DNA of 64,000 nt, from assembly GCA_004022145.1 (NCBI GenBank), contig RCNU01000010.1; one strand, written 5' to 3'. Within the stretch, counting starts at the first letter, position 1. Each line of letters starts with the position of its first letter. The position numbers and the translations under genes are program-made. Positions 1-13,759 of this stretch are shown piece by piece. The notes under the pieces were generated by a model. The model searched no databases and was not told where the DNA came from. It was given only the letters and a program-made list of their open reading frames with translations. The DNA is from Paecilomyces variotii (Eukaryota).

Positions 1-131
1 GGCAGGTCACGAGATGATCTAACGATCAATGCGTTGTTGTAGGTCGTGGCAACCGACAAAAGTCCCTAATCGCTCAACGACAGCAAGTTTGCCAGACTTT
101 CCACGACAGTTGGCAGAGATGGCCCAGTGCT

Positions 132-2057
132 TCATGGTTTTAGTCCTCGGCTTCGATCGACGTCGAGGTGATATAACCCCTGTGCCCTTTGAAGTACGAG
201 AGACGCCTCTATACTCTGCTTGAACCTGTAAGAATGCCTAGATATGACGATCCTCGAGAGGGCACCAACCCTCGAAGGCGAAGGCAGAGATGACGGTAGG
301 TAACCAGAAGAGATGACCCCATGACCCTTGCCGACGAATATGGCTACAAAGCCGCCGTTCACCCGATCCCACGCGACAATATGTCCAGAACTTATCCACT
401 CACTCTGCTCTATGTCGGAGGCGGGTCGCATGCATAAGTAGCCAAGTTGCAGCAGGTGAAGGGTGTGCTCGTCTGCCATAGGCTTTCCCTGGCAGTCCAA
501 CCGCGCACAAACCAGACCTAATGAGGCGGGGTCCCAAGGGATGCGAGTATTGTGTCCAGGAGCACTTAGGCAATGGGAAAACTCGATGGGAGAACGCTGA
601 GGCATCCAAGCAAATTGGTTGTCCCAAGAGCCCATATGTTGAGTACAAAGCGGTATATCTTCCCCTTCATGTTCATCCAACAACTCGGCGATTCTACCAA
701 GATCAGAGCTTGAGTTCGAGCAACCTAAAGCACGGATTTCTTCCACAAAGCGTTGCGTCGTATGGAGACCCACATGATCACCATCCACAGTAAGGAAGGG
801 CTGAGATCCGATAGGGTGCAGAGAATCGTCGATCATTGAATGACAAGATTGAGCATTGTGCCATCCTAGACCAAGTCTCATCTCGATGGTTCGTAGCTGG
901 GAGTCTAGAAGGGCCATACAATTTTCCTTCCCCGCGAGTTCGAATAACTTGTCTGACAAGTGGTGATCAATAAGTAAATGTATCAGCCGAGATTCCGTTG
1001 AGATTTCTGGTAATGTATTGCTTGCACGTTCCGATATTTCTGTAAGACACAACATGGCTTCCTTCAGCCGTCCCGTATCGATAAATGCAGTCACACATGC
1101 ATATGAAGCAGCGATTAGCCTTTGGTTGCAGCCAGGAATTAGATGCTGCTTCAACGTGTTCCATACACTCTCCAGTGATTGTTCGGCTTGTAGCATTCCG
1201 AGAAGACAGGCATACTTTCCGATGACCCCGGCAGAGTCCTCCTTACCTGAGAGGTCGCATAGAACGTCACTCAATGTGTATTGAATATTGTGAGAACTCT
1301 GACCTTCTCCTGTGAGTAAATAGACCATCTGATTGTTGGCGTAGCCCGGATCCTCAAACCGTATTAAGCGTAGCGTGGAGAGGAGAGAAGTGATTAGCAA
1401 TTCACTATCAGCCGGTTCTAGCCTTTCATTGGTGATGCGTTTATAATCATCTATATGGCCTTTCAGTGCGAGAAACGAAAACGACAAACAAGCGAAGTGC
1501 ATTCCTAAGAAGGATATGTCCTTGGATATTGGTGTTCCGAGTTTATGCAGCCGCGTCACTAAGGCGTTCAAGAATGACAGTATCTCTCTAGATGGGTGAT
1601 GCTGGTGACACCGGTGAAGAGCTTGACTGAGAAGGTTGCAATGTTTAAGCAAGAATTCGCCATCTATATTCGTATTTATCTCGCGCTCGACGTATAGATA
1701 AAGGTCACGCAAACATGTTGCATTTTTCAGTGTTGATTGATCCTGTTGATGAGTGGATGGGATGGCTCTCCTTCCAAAGATACTCCATGGTGACAAAGGG
1801 GGTTTCAAGGCCCAAGGCGCGACAATAAATGACTGTAGCAGCTCATCGAGTTCAGATTCATGTAGAGTGACCTGCGGTTGTTGTGTAGTACCAGATAATG
1901 AGAACCGAAGCAACTGAGATGGAGTTGGCTGTGGGCGACCATTGCTATGCCCGTTCTTCGTCAGGTTATTAGGGAGTTTACTTTGAGATATAGAGCGTCG
2001 AAGGTAGAGCTGTAAGTTCTTTGGGGGCTTAATCCGGGGCAACTGATACGAAAACAT
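132..2057 (-). CDS. Conserved-looking hypothetical protein (641 aa), possibly mitochondrial
   Basis: Long uninterrupted ORF with a basic, Ser-rich N-terminus resembling a presequence. No recognisable motif. Divergent from SYF2. Confidence 0.7.
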   Translation of the reverse strand: MFSYQLPRIKPPKNLQLYLRRSISQSKLPNNLTKNGHSNGRPQPTPSQLLRFSLSGTTQQPQVTLHESELDELLQSFIVAPWALKPPLSPWSIFGRRAIPSTHQQDQSTLKNATCLRDLYLYVEREINTNIDGEFLLKHCNLLSQALHRCHQHHPSREILSFLNALVTRLHKLGTPISKDISFLGMHFACLSFSFLALKGHIDDYKRITNERLEPADSELLITSLLSTLRLIRFEDPGYANNQMVYLLTGEGQSSHNIQYTLSDVLCDLSGKEDSAGVIGKYACLLGMLQAEQSLESVWNTLKQHLIPGCNQRLIAASYACVTAFIDTGRLKEAMLCLTEISERASNTLPEISTESRLIHLLIDHHLSDKLFELAGKENCMALLDSQLRTIEMRLGLGWHNAQSCHSMIDDSLHPIGSQPFLTVDGDHVGLHTTQRFVEEIRALGCSNSSSDLGRIAELLDEHEGEDIPLCTQHMGSWDNQFAWMPQRSPIEFSHCLSAPGHNTRIPWDPASLGLVCARLDCQGKPMADEHTLHLLQLGYLCMRPASDIEQSEWISSGHIVAWDRVNGGFVAIFVGKGHGVISSGYLPSSLPSPSRVGALSRIVISRHSYRFKQSIEASLVLQRAQGLYHLDVDRSRGLKP

Positions 2058-2391
2058 AGATTATTGATGCTTTACAAGCTTAATAAGATGGGAACAAGGG
2101 CAACAATGGTAATAAGCAGAAACCCTTTGACGATGATGGATGCTCAAAAGCCGTCGAGGACGCAACGCTGCTGGTCAAGTGCGGCGGAAGTCACGAGGAA
2201 GGGCCAAATACAGGGGAGACGGATACGGTAACGTATCGTCACCCGACGTCACACCTGTTTCCTGTAAACCTTCTGGCCACCATCCAACGTCTTAACAGTC
2301 TTTCGACTATTACCGCTGTGCGTTGGGATCTGATTCTATCTTACCCACCTTTTATTGGCAGTGAAAAGTCATACCTATTTGCCCGCGGACG

Positions 2392-3412
2392 ATGCCTAGA
2401 GAAGATCGCGACGACAGCTCTCCACAGGGCGCAGAGCAAGAAAAGCCTACCTCGGCGGAGAAGGAGGTAATGGATGCCAAAGCCGGCGCAGCTTCAGATA
2501 ACACTGGAGCAGACGAGTCCAAGGAAGTTGATGCTGCTGCCAAGGCGCGTGAGAGGCAGGAAAGGTTCAAGGCTCTCCGCGCTCGCGCTGTCAGTGCTCC
2601 CCGCCCTACCCCAATAGCGAAATTTATCTCCCAATATGATTGCTTCCTAGGTTCATCTTGACTGACATTCAAACAGAAAGCGGCGACTGAGCGAAACCTG
2701 AAAGAGACAGCGGCGGAGTCTCAACGTCTTGCAACCGATCAAAGTCAGCTAGCATCACTATCTCGCAAGCACGCATTTGCGTCGCACAATCTGTTGAAGG
2801 CAGATACTGAAGCGTCCGGGGAAGACTTTGAGCGAAAAAGAGCTTGGGACTGGACAGTGGAAGAGTCAGAAAAATGGGATAAGCGCATGGAAAAGAAACA
2901 GCGACACCGTGATGACGTGGCATTCCAGGATTACAGACAGGATGCACGAAAGGTATATAAGAGGCAGCTGCGGGAGATGCAGCCTGATCTGGAAGGATAC
3001 GAGAGAGAAAAGATGGCTGCAATTGAAAGAGCTGCCGCCAGCGGTGGCTTAGAAGTCGTGGAGACCAATGACGGCGAGCTGGTAGCCGTTGACAAGAATG
3101 GAACATTCTACTCAACAGCCGACTCGACAGACTTCATTGAGAACAAGCCTGACCGATCTGCAGTGGATAAGCTCGTCAACGACCTGAAAAAGGCAGAAGA
3201 AGTTCGCCTCAGGAAACGCAGGGAGCGCCGCGGAGAAGACGAGCCAGATGTAACTTATATCAACGAAAAGAACAAGCAGTTCAACCAGAAGCTTGCCAGG
3301 TTCTATAACAAGGTATGGCTGGTCTTATACGGTATGAAGCAACCACGAGACTAACGTATGGTAGTATACTGCCGAGATCCGCGACAGCTTTGAGCGCGGC
3401 ACGATGATATGA
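2392..3412 (+). CDS. SYF2: Pre-mRNA splicing factor Syf2; exons 2392-2589, 2677-3312, 3365-3412
   Basis: Motifs DFERKRAWDWTVEESEKWD, YINEKNKQFNQKLARFYNK|YTAEIRDSFERGT. Two GT-AG introns with CTGAC/CTAAC branch points. Confidence 0.93.
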
Positions 3413-4471
3413 TTACAAAGATAGACTGGATCGACCCTGCACCAGATTACACTAACCCGTCATCAACCTTTGCCCAGCGCCAAAAAACCAAGGACAGCGT
3501 CAGAAACCAGGCTTTTCGCACAACTGCGCCTTTATGAATTGATTGGATAGCGGATACAAGCCATATCAAAAGGAAAAAGCAGAAAAAAGACCCAGATTTC
3601 CTTATATCTGTAGCGGCTTGCTACGGTGTTGACCATCCGTTTTCCGTCACGAGCTCAATGGTTCGAATCCGTTGGTTTGTCTGAAAGCGATTCGGGTGCT
3701 TCTTTATGATTGCGTGATCCTCTGAGGGAAATGGGCAATTCGCAGCAGTCTCCAGGTCCCGTTGCGAGACGTGCAGCCAACCTGGGGAGGTAAAACGATG
3801 GACCATCGTCACAGAATAAAGATTGAGAAGTCCTGTATACATGGTTGGCTCTGAGTCAAGACGATGATGCGGACACCAAGTTGGCATTGAAGTCGTGTAA
3901 CTGCGCAAGCTTTTGCCGAGGAATTCATGTATGGAGATCGTTCGCACAGGTACTTCAGGATTTATGGATATGAATCACATATTATCTACTTCTAACATTG
4001 CGAGTCAACCGGTCGCCGACTTTCACAACTTTTGCAGCTCCATCAGGCTGACGAGGGTGCATTGATAGAAGCGTCGATCTCAGATACTATGGAAAAACTG
4101 ATTTCGCTGGTTTCTTATGACTCCTTGCTGCTATCTACAGAATGAAGAAGGATTCGGTAGACAAAATCTCTGGGCGACAAGGTGACCACGAGTTTATAGG
4201 ACAATACATTTCAAAGGTTTCTTTATATGGAGAGTGTCTCTGGAAATTGATGAGGCGATGGATTTTCCCAAGATAGTGTGATTACACAACTATCATTTTG
4301 CAGACTGGTAACTAGTGACTGTATAGAATATAAAGACTGACACTGATCTATTACAGAAGATTTGAGGTAGCAATGAATGCACATATTCTGCAAATGAACG
4401 TCTTGAGATCAACTAATTTGACACACAAAGTCGATTCGAACTTTGGTCCTTCCCCCTTATTTCAGATACCT

Positions 4472-4504
4472 TTCTTCTTCTTCTTCTTCTTCTTCTTCTT
4501 CTTC
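4472..4504. repeat. (TTC)11 microsatellite just downstream of the hydrolase stop codon
   Basis: Direct reading of the sequence. Confidence 0.95.
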
Positions 4505-4512
4505 TCCTGTGC

Positions 4513-5409
4513 TCACTTTGGAGTAACTTTGTCAGCTAGGACAGTGATTTTCTTCACTAGCATGGCCGGTTGGCTCAGCATGGGGGAATGACCGGCGTTG
4601 CATCGATCAATTTCCGCATTTGCAGCGCGTGCAAATATCTCTTGGAAGTTAGTCGGAGCAGCTTTATCATTTTCACATATCAAATAAGTCGAGGGAATGT
4701 ATTCGTAAGCTGCCCGGGAAAGAGGGGTTTCCTGGACTTTGTATGACTGTGGAATCAACCGTGACTCCCACAGGGCCGCTTCCTCTGCAGGAAGGTCATT
4801 GTACAGTATCTCTGCACCGTTCTTGATGGTAAAGGTGCCGTCATCCTGGAGTTTCAAACGTTCATATTAGCGATGATTCCTTACTTTCTCAATGCATAGC
4901 TACTGAGACTTGATGGCAAAAAGAAAAGAAAAAAAAAAGCAATGGAATATCAACTATCTTACCCGAACGTCATTATTAGGTGATTCGCCAAAGGCTTTCA
5001 ACACAGATTGTCCTGGGGACAGTACAAATGCAGCGAAATAAAATAGATGAATCACACCACCTGGTGCACCTGCTTGTTTACGGCTCTCGTAGCTGAGTTC
5101 CTTGGGGACGGCATCGCTTCCAACCAGGCCACCGTACGAATGCATAATGACAACCACGTATTTCCCATCCTTTTCTATCAGGGATTGGAGCGCTTCAGTC
5201 ACGGCGCGCGAGTCGTCAGCCAATGTACGCGTAGGAAAGTCTGCATCGCCTGGATTGCAACTAGGAAGTTGAGGATGAACAGTTGGGTATCCTTCCGCTT
5301 CCAGACCCTTTATGAGAGTCTCATAGACCAGAGGAAGTTGGAATGAGCCCTGTACAAGTAGTAGGGTCGGTTTGTTGGTCACCGATGATGATGATGATGC
5401 TGTAGCCAT
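4513..5409 (-). CDS. Alpha/beta hydrolase (Abhydrolase_6-like), one intron at about 4850-4960
   Basis: HSYGG nucleophile elbow, YLICENDKA (Asp) and AGHSPMLSQP (His). Confidence 0.85.
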
Positions 5410-6755
5410 GGTCGACTGAAGGTTAACTCCGAGCCTTGGTTACTTGTTGGAGTTCCAACGTTAAGAGGGGAAAGACGGCTGAAGGAAAAGATGATGGGAT
5501 GTAGAATATTCTACAGATACTGCTGCTCCGGTCAGTGACTGATAGAATAAGTTCTCGATTGCTTGGGTTCGCGATAAATGGCCACAGTTTCAGGCAAATG
5601 AATAAAAGGTCTACCTCGAGACTTGACCACTCCCCTCATCTGATAGACCAATACAGCGTAACACTAGTGATCTCCAGCTCCTCGAGGCTAGTGTAATAAT
5701 TCGTGCAGGAGAATGACATTATTTCTGCCCCCACGGGACATTATCAGGCTACCTGACTGAATGTGCTCCGCGATCTTGATACCAGTTTAGTGACCTTTTG
5801 CGTTTAGTTAATGCTGGCCTGCCATTAACATCGCTGGCTCCATCAGTAGACCGTTGTCAGGAGCTCAATTTATTGATAGACTATCTCGTGTGTCGCTTGG
5901 GTGCGTAGCTTCAGCCCACGCTGCACCTGATAAAGAAAGTTTACAGACACAGGGGCCAAAACTATGGCGATCCTCAGCTCTTAAAAACCGTTCTCGCGTA
6001 GCTCATCCGATATATCCACGCTTGTAATTGCTGCTACAACCTAACTGGAATACCAATCTATGTGTTGGCAGACTTCTGTTCGGGTTGTGTTGTTGCTGTC
6101 TCGAGAGCCGATAAATCCGGTAAATCACTTATTATGATATTTTTAACCTAATATGGGATTATATCTGCCTGTCTCTCAGTGGTGATTCACTCTGCAAAGG
6201 TGCTCTCTGCGAAGAGGCTGAAATATATCGGTCAGATCGTTTATCCAATTCCCTATCCGCAAGTGACAGTCGTGACAAAATATGGAGACTATTTTCTGTT
6301 TACTGGAAATGGCCCAAAGAATATCAACCCATACCTGGATTGGTAATGTATACCACGCGTCAGCCGGTATGTAGCCTGTTGCAGTTCATGAGTCCTGAGA
6401 TCGGGTGCTTCGATGTTGACATCCCTACTTGTGCAGCAGCTTGACGGTCCTTACCCGAATTTCTCTGTCCTAGCTTGGATTCTCTAAGTATCCTGAAACA
6501 AGCGAAGCCATTTCACATATGCTACTACGCAGTAGGGTACTGATAGATTCTTATAGTTCACGGGTTTAGAACAAGACAAGCAGTGATAATTATAATATAA
6601 CATATTGGAGCAACCATGCTGAAGCCGACAAGACTAACTACAAGAGGTAATCCACAGATCCTCCCTTTACGCGCTTTACAGGTGGCATATCTACTTTGAT
6701 TGGGACTTGACGGAGCTCTCATCGCGTTTTGGAGTGAGCACTTTACTGCGTCTGC

Positions 6756-7804
6756 TCACAACATGCTCTTTCTCCACGCCCTTGTCGCCAGGGCCTCGAT
6801 CTTCTGGATATTGAGCGCGCCGCTCATCGCGTCATCACTAATTGCCTCAACCACTGCTTCACCGACCAAGTCAACCTTAAGGGGCTTCTGAGCCATCGTC
6901 CCTAAGAATCCCAGTCTACCACCCAGGAGAGTGTTGAGTTCCGAACCCACGATCCCTCCCAGCGCGATTGGCAACGTGAATTTCCTGTTTGAATCGTACA
7001 TAAAGCCTGGTCTGACGAAGATACTTCTCAAATCAGGTAGTGATGAGGCAATGAGGGTTTCGGCTTCTCTTTTGGTGGAAATGTATCGGCTGGGAAGGAT
7101 AGGCGCTCCCGCAGCAGCGGATATGTATACGAATGTCGGAACGTGTTCTCGGGAGGTCTCTTGTGCCAATGCAATAGCTGCCATTAGGTTAGCCTTAGAT
7201 CGGTAACAAGGACGTCTGAATCCGGGCACCAACCTGAATCTCTGTTCATGAACTCATAAGTCCATTGCCCATCGCTCTCCTGGGGCTTCAAGGGCTCCCC
7301 TTCCTTTCTTTTTAGCGGATCCTGGCTTCCTAGCTTCGATGGACCAAAGGCTCTCTGCAATCCACTGATTATAGATTCCCGTCCTGAAACCACTCCCTTG
7401 TAGTCTGCCTCCAGCAGTATACCCATTGTGTGCACAACAGCGTTCGCATCTTTCAGGAATGGCTTATAGGTGTCGGGCCTAACAATGTCGGCTTTTGCCC
7501 ACTCGACAGAATTTGCCCACTGCGGACGTCGAGGTGAGTCGATTAGATTCTCCCATCGCGGCTCGCCCGAACGACTAGGGATATCAGCAGTGGACTAGCA
7601 GACATCCATATTGAAATGATATATGCACCTTAATGAAGTTACCGACCAACCCCTTGCGACCGCCGCTTTGCAAATCCTAGAACCTAGCTGATGTCAGAGC
7701 TTCCAATTGAGATGAATTGAGAAGTCACGCTATTTGATGAATGACTAGATCTCCGTACCTAGAAACCCACTCCCACCAGCAACCACGATCCTTTTCGTAG
7801 CCAT
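6756..7804 (-). CDS. COQ11: NAD-dependent epimerase/dehydratase, Coq11 (YLR290C)-like, multi-exon
   Basis: MATKRIVVAGGSGFLG|SRICKAAVARGW Rossmann start, FVYISAA, RYISTKREAE (YxxxK) and RPGFMY. Confidence 0.8.
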
Positions 7805-7994
7805 TGAGTACGAAAAGATCACAGCTAGGAAATTGAATTAACGAAATAATCGAATAGTGATTGTGTATAATGAAGGACGTGCCTCAACGGACCATATTTT
7901 GTCGGGGGGTTCGGTTTCCGCAGAGCCCGGAAGCTCTGCTGAGCTCCGCGACTTTTGCTCGGAAAGTGACGACACCGCGTGGGCCGGCCGCGTG

Positions 7995-8002
7995 GTCACG
8001 TG
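7995..8002. promoter_or_regulatory. GTCACGTG E-box (Cbf1-like bHLH site) in the COQ11/YAF9 divergent promoter
   Basis: Exact motif near the middle of a ~360-bp divergent gap. Confidence 0.4.
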
Positions 8003-8164
8003 CTTCAAGGCGGAGAGATCGCGGAGGATCGTTTGCGGGCATTCTCCGCCACGATCGATAGTATCTTTCAAGGCCAGCACCTATTTTCTGTTCATCTGGC
8101 TGCGGCCCACTAACTGTACAATATACCGAAGCTTATTTAGGAGATTTCAGCTTCACTGCCTAGT

Positions 8165-9055
8165 ATGCCAGCCGCCACAGGTACAAAGCGCGTCAGGGTT
8201 GGTAGTCCCTTTTCGCTACGCCACTCTCGTTACAGTAATGGCTGACTCGTTTGCTATAGGGCGTTTCAATATTCAGACCTTTCGGTATGTTGAATGATAC
8301 TTTTCAGTAGCACTCTATATCAATACTTGCCTGTCCTGTTAACACAGCATACAGTCTACGGCAGCGAAGCCCAGCCCTTCGACCCCGCAAAGCGACCACC
8401 TAACGCGCCCGAGGACCACACGCATCAATGGCGCGTCTTTGTCAAGGGCGTGAACGACGAAGATATATCTTACTGGCTAAAGAAAGTGCAGTTTAAGCTG
8501 CACGAGACATACGCGCAGTCCGTGCGGACGATCGAGCAGCCTCCCTTCGAAGTCACCGAGACAGGATGGGGTGAATTCGAAATCCAGATCAAGCTCTACT
8601 TCGTGCCAGAATCGAACGAAAAGCCCCAGACGCTATGGCATAGTCTCAAGCTCCACCCGTACGGACCGGATGCTGAGGGCATGAAGGAGAGGAGGGAAGT
8701 CGTCGTCAGTCAGAACTACGAAGAAGTCGTCTTCAACGAACCTGTCGAGCAGTTCTACGATATTTTGACAGGTGGCTCTACCGGGGCGCAACCACAGAAG
8801 GGGAAAAGTGGGAAGAATTCCAAGCAACAGCAACAGCAGCAGGGTGGAAGAACGGCAGAGATTCCGTACAACGAGAGTCCGAAGAATCCATATAGCAGGA
8901 CAACCGAGAGTAAAGAACTCGATAGACTGACAGAGGCTACCAAGACGGTTGAGCAGATGCTTAAAGAGGAGAAGGCGAAGCTGGCTGAGCGTGAGAAGAA
9001 GCTGCAGGAACTGAAAGAAAGCGAAGGAATACCCCTCGCGACGAAGAAGAAATGA
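8165..9055 (+). CDS. YAF9: YEATS-domain protein Yaf9 (NuA4/SWR1); two short 5' exons then the main exon
   Basis: [58 protein letters not shown] and a C-terminal coiled coil. Confidence 0.93.
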
Positions 9056-10433
9056 GTTCGTTTTACGATACACACGACACGTCGTAATAATGACGGCGAC
9101 TGATGGTTGTTATGCCTCTCGATCCTGAAAGCAAGGATCCACCCCTTTGCATATACTCGAGCCATGTTTATCAGGTCGAGATGCTACATGCCGTTCAGCT
9201 TCAGTCGAAGCACCATCCATACAGAGCAGACTCTTTCGGCTTGATCGCAATACCGATTGTTCACATCGGAGCTCATGTCCTTGTCCTTCTGTGTCCTACA
9301 AGACCTATTACAAGGCTGAGGCATAGAAGAAATTCCAAGACAGGGACCGGATCGTTGCAGCGTCGACATCTCTGTGGAGACACGGGTACATGACGATTCG
9401 GAAGCGAATGAGACCATTGTTGTTGCTTCAATTAGAGACCAACGTCGGTCTTAACTGTACCATATAGGATCCATCATCAGATAGACATTAGTGCGTCTTT
9501 CCACTTCTACACCTTCCGGGCAAGCTGGTACCATATAGATACCAACTAAGCCACGATACCTGGTGCAATACAAAGCCAAAACCATCGACAAAAAGTTGGT
9601 ATAAAAAATTACATAGACTTCCTCATCTTCGTATACTATGAAGTCCTCCTCCAATTAAAGACCAGTCCTTTCGATGTAGATTATTCACCGCAGTCTTATA
9701 ACTAACTAACTGGTCAACCAATATAAGACGTCTTGCCGCGGGCTGATAAGGCCGCCCCCAAGACAACGTGCCCCCAACTTTATTTACATACTTGCACCAA
9801 GTTCAAAAGTTCTGGATTCATTCACTAAATTAACATCTAGTATCAAGCGTATTCTGCGCGCAACTTAACGTCTTTCCCAGCCTTTTATGAAGTATCCGTT
9901 ATCTTGACAGTACCAATCAAGAATTCGTCATTTATCAGATACGCCGCTCGTGCCATAATCGTAGATATCTCGTTGTACCAGTTCAGTTTCTCTGCTAAAA
10001 GCCCCTATCTTAGTACCAGGCCAGAACGAACTATGGAGGAACCGAATCAGCTTAATGACGAGGTGTATGAAAAGCACGACAAGTTCCGGGTTTTGAGAGC
10101 CTTATGGGAACTGTCCACGAGATCACCGTTCTCTACGGCATGGTAATCCCTACCTATCCAGGGCCTTTTGAGGAATGAATGTAATATTCTGCCATCGAAT
10201 CAATTTCGAATTCGGACAGTGGAAATAAAAAACATTAATTGATTCATTACGACCATGATAACCTAGACATTCCTAAAACTCCAGAAGCAATCTGTCCTCG
10301 GGGTTTATTCCCCCTTTAAGACTGCAATGTAGCCTAATACTAATGATGGTATCGATGAAAAGACAAAGACAAAAAGAATGAGAGCATACAGAACTCCCGA
10401 AAGGTACCACTCGCGTAGATATAGATATATCTC

Positions 10434-11894
10434 CTACGATGGCTCCTGCCTCAGCAACTCCAAGATCAAATCCTGCGTGCGTTGGACAGCGTCCAACTTC
10501 TCCTCAAGAGCAGCGCGACCCTTTTCTAGTTCTCGCCGGAACTCCTCACGGAGCTCTTCCTTAAGTTCCTCGAGCTTATTCGAAGAAGATGGAGCACCGG
10601 CAGAGTCATCGGGAGAATCCGCTGAAGCGTCCCTGTCTGCAGCGGCTTCTGGCTCCGCGTTCGATGCCGCCAATGCTGAGACAACAGGAGATGAGCGTGG
10701 GTTCGACGCTGCCGCGTCAAGATGCTTGTTTAGCTTGGTCGTCAAAGTCTCTACAATGGCGGAGGTGACGTTGGGGTCTTGCGGCACAGGCGAATACGGT
10801 GAATAATAGCCTCCCTCCCTCGCTGCGTCTCCAATACCAGCCAGAAGGGGTCTCGAGGAGAACATAGTGTCGAACCCCGGGGGCAACCTCACTCCTTGTG
10901 AAGAGCCGGGGTGATGCGGATGCGTTGGAGTCATTGGAGGTGCCATATATTGATTATCAGACGGACCTGTCGGCGCCCTCCACCTGTCCGTGGCCACTTC
11001 CCACGGCTTCCATGGACGGTCTTTTCTCTTTCTGCCCTTGCGCGCATCGCGATTTTCAATCCGCTTGGCTTCGGCCTCTTCGAAGCGTTCCCAATTCGGA
11101 ATCCAAGCATCAACAACAGCCCGCCATTCAGGGTTCGATGCATCCTGGCCTCCATTTGCTCTCTGCTCGGACAAGAATTTGATGCGCTGTTTAGAGACGA
11201 TTTCAACCTTGCGCCGCACTGAATGCCATGAATATGGATGACCCTGTTGGCGCGTGAACTCATTCGTTACCGTCTGCCACCAATCACACAGCTTGTTGCG
11301 TTCTCCAAAAGTGGCCGCGTGCTGGTTACAGATCTCAAAAAGACACACTTCCTCCTTCGTAGTCAAGCGTTTTCCATATTTAGGCGTACTCTCAGCTGCT
11401 TCCGCCCGTGCCGCAAAGCTGGCGAGAGCAGTTCCGGAATCTTCGCCCTGCTGAGCGCCCGGAGCGCTCAGAGTAGAGTAGTCGTCATCAGCTGGAGCAT
11501 CTTGCTGAGTAGGACCCCTGGAATCAGGACGGCTATCTGAATCATTGTTGCCAGAGCTGGCCGGAGTACCTGGAGCCGGAGAGTCTACGACTGGAGCAGG
11601 GTCCGATGCCCGAGGCCGCAGGGTGGACGATATAGCAGGCAGCGTGTTGGAAGTACGCTGAAACGCAGAGGGAAGCCACCGCAGTTGCGGGACCTGGTAC
11701 GAAGAGGAAGACCCCGTAGAAGTAGACGGTGGATGACTTCCAGAATGCGTGTCAGCATTCCACGGGAAAAGGGACATCTTTTAAGATAGAGCAGGCGTGG
11801 CTGGCCCAGATGTAAGTAGTATTGGTCGGGAGTTGAAAATTTTGAGATGGCGTTTCGAAATTTTCAGCTTTGTACGGCGACGCACAGAGTCCAT
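10434..11894 (-). CDS. Hypothetical protein with a Myb/SANT-like domain and C-terminal coiled coil; probable short first exon (MDS) and intron 11885-11778
   Basis: 447-aa ORF with a W-spaced helical motif (LFEIC..WWQTV..YSWHSVRRKVE). A GTGCGT donor, CTTAC branch and AAG acceptor join an upstream ATG in phase 0. Confidence 0.7.
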
Positions 11895-12238
11895 TCGCCA
11901 AGACAAGTAATTTTTAGCCCGGCCGTCTTCCCCACACGGCATTTGCGCAATAATATTCGTTTTGGTCGACACATTATTATTCTTTAACAACTACGAGTCG
12001 ATATGTTTTCTATCATTAGTCAAGTCGCTACATCCTTATGATCTCTTTCGTATGCTCATAAGGCGGTTCTTTATTCTAGACTAATTCCATCACTTCCATT
12101 CATTGCTAAATAAACGCGCCTATATCTATCGATGTACGTGTACATACAACCCAACAGCTGCAGGGCCAGCAATCGCCGCTTGTAGTAGTCTATTTCTACT
12201 CTATAATAATTACTACACGAGCCAATATCCTGCTTTAT

Positions 12239-13226
12239 CTAGATCTTTCCGTAGATCTTGACGCGCTCGTTGATGGGCTTTTGCGTCTTCTCGCCGGGCT
12301 GGCCCTCAGGCTTGCCAAAGACAAGCTGTGCGATCAGCTTCCACTCTGCAGGGACGTTCCACTTCTGAGCAACCTGGGCGTCAATAAGAGGGTTGTAGTG
12401 CTGAAGGTTGGCGCCGAAACCGAGGGACTCGAGGCCGACCCAGACTGTAGGTACAGGTTAGCGAGGAGCACTTCCAGAAATATGGAAACAGAAGATGAAA
12501 AGGGAAACATACGGAAGTACTGGTGCATGGCATTGGAGTCCCTGGCCCAGGGCTCGAAATGGTCCTTGTAGAGAGCGAATTTCTCACTGAAGGGCTTGAT
12601 GTGAGCCGGGTCCTCGTAGAACAGGATCTACAGATGACGCGTGGTTAGTCCATTGACAACTTTGTAATTCAAAACCCAACAGAACAAAAAAAAGCATGAC
12701 AGGATTAAGAACTTACTGTTCCAACAGCAGCCTTCAGACCCTGCAGCTTGGGCAAGGTCTGGTTCTTCCACAAGTCCTCAGGGATGGTACCTGTCTTGAC
12801 AAGACCGGCGAAGACCTCGATAACTACGTCCCACAGCTTCTCGTGCTCCTCATGCAGGAGGACGACCAGGCGGGTCGACTGGGTGTTGAACGAACTAGGG
12901 ACATTTTCGATGGCAGCATTCACGAGCTCCTCGATCTTGGCATCTGGCACGGGGCTCTGGTTGGAGAGCTTATAGATGGTACGGCGGGCCTTGGCCAGCT
13001 CGATGAGGGTGTCGGTGTGAGCCATTATGGGGGGTGTAGCTGCGAAACGGCGAGTATGGGAGCAGGAGAAGGATCGCGAGGGGATTGTGACAGACAACAG
13101 AGGGGCAGGCCAGCTGGTCTGACTGAGCGCGGGGCACGCGCGAGTAGATATAGGAGAGGTGCAGCGGACGGAACCCGCGACAAAGAGTAGAGTAGAACGA
13201 GATCGAACCACCAGACTGGAGGCCAT
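12239..13226 (-). CDS. Nitroreductase family protein (Frm2/Hbn1-like), 3 exons, with an N-terminal extension
   Basis: ARRTIYKL, VPSSFNTQSTRLVVL, ILFYEDP, SNAMHQY, ANLQHYNP and WKLIAQLVFG. Confidence 0.88.
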
Positions 13227-13759
13227 AGTATATGATTGGATGTAGAGATCTAGGATATTGTTATACAACGAGGCACTGTTAGTTTGGTGTGATAGAGACC
13301 TTCAATTGGTGGCAGACATTCAGCGGATAAATGGCACAAGTGTATATACCTAATCCACGAGACTTTAGCGGGATGGACGGACTGCGGAAGAACTCCTCGC
13401 TGGTTATAAATCGGGACGGAATTTGCGACGGCAAGCCTGCTTGTCGGGAGTTCTAATAGTAGCGGCTCTCTATCGGCTTCGATGGCCCGGAAGATCGGCG
13501 GGGCCTGCTTGCAATCAGAATTATCAGATTGTCTTTGGTGTCCGACTAATGCAGCTCGGGACAGAGTAGTTAAAGTAGGTTCCCATGACTAGGTAGTTAC
13601 CTTACATGAGAAGAATCAGTACAGTTAATGACATGTACACCACAAGATATCTGGGGAAATCCGCACTAGACGTCTCAAAATACACCTCAACAACGGTATA
13701 GGTAGAATTGTGCCTTGGCTTATGAGGCGATTCATTCACATCTTCATCATTTGCTTATA

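Noticed and set aside
3600-3680. tRNA-like T-arm (AATGG TTCGAAT CCGTT)
   Set aside because: No acceptor stem, D-arm or anticodon arm could be built. At most an isolated B-box.
11781-11990. In-frame uORF or stop-readthrough just upstream of the SANT-like gene
   Set aside because: Better explained by a phase-0 intron (GTGCGT..CTTAC..AAG) joining an upstream ATG.
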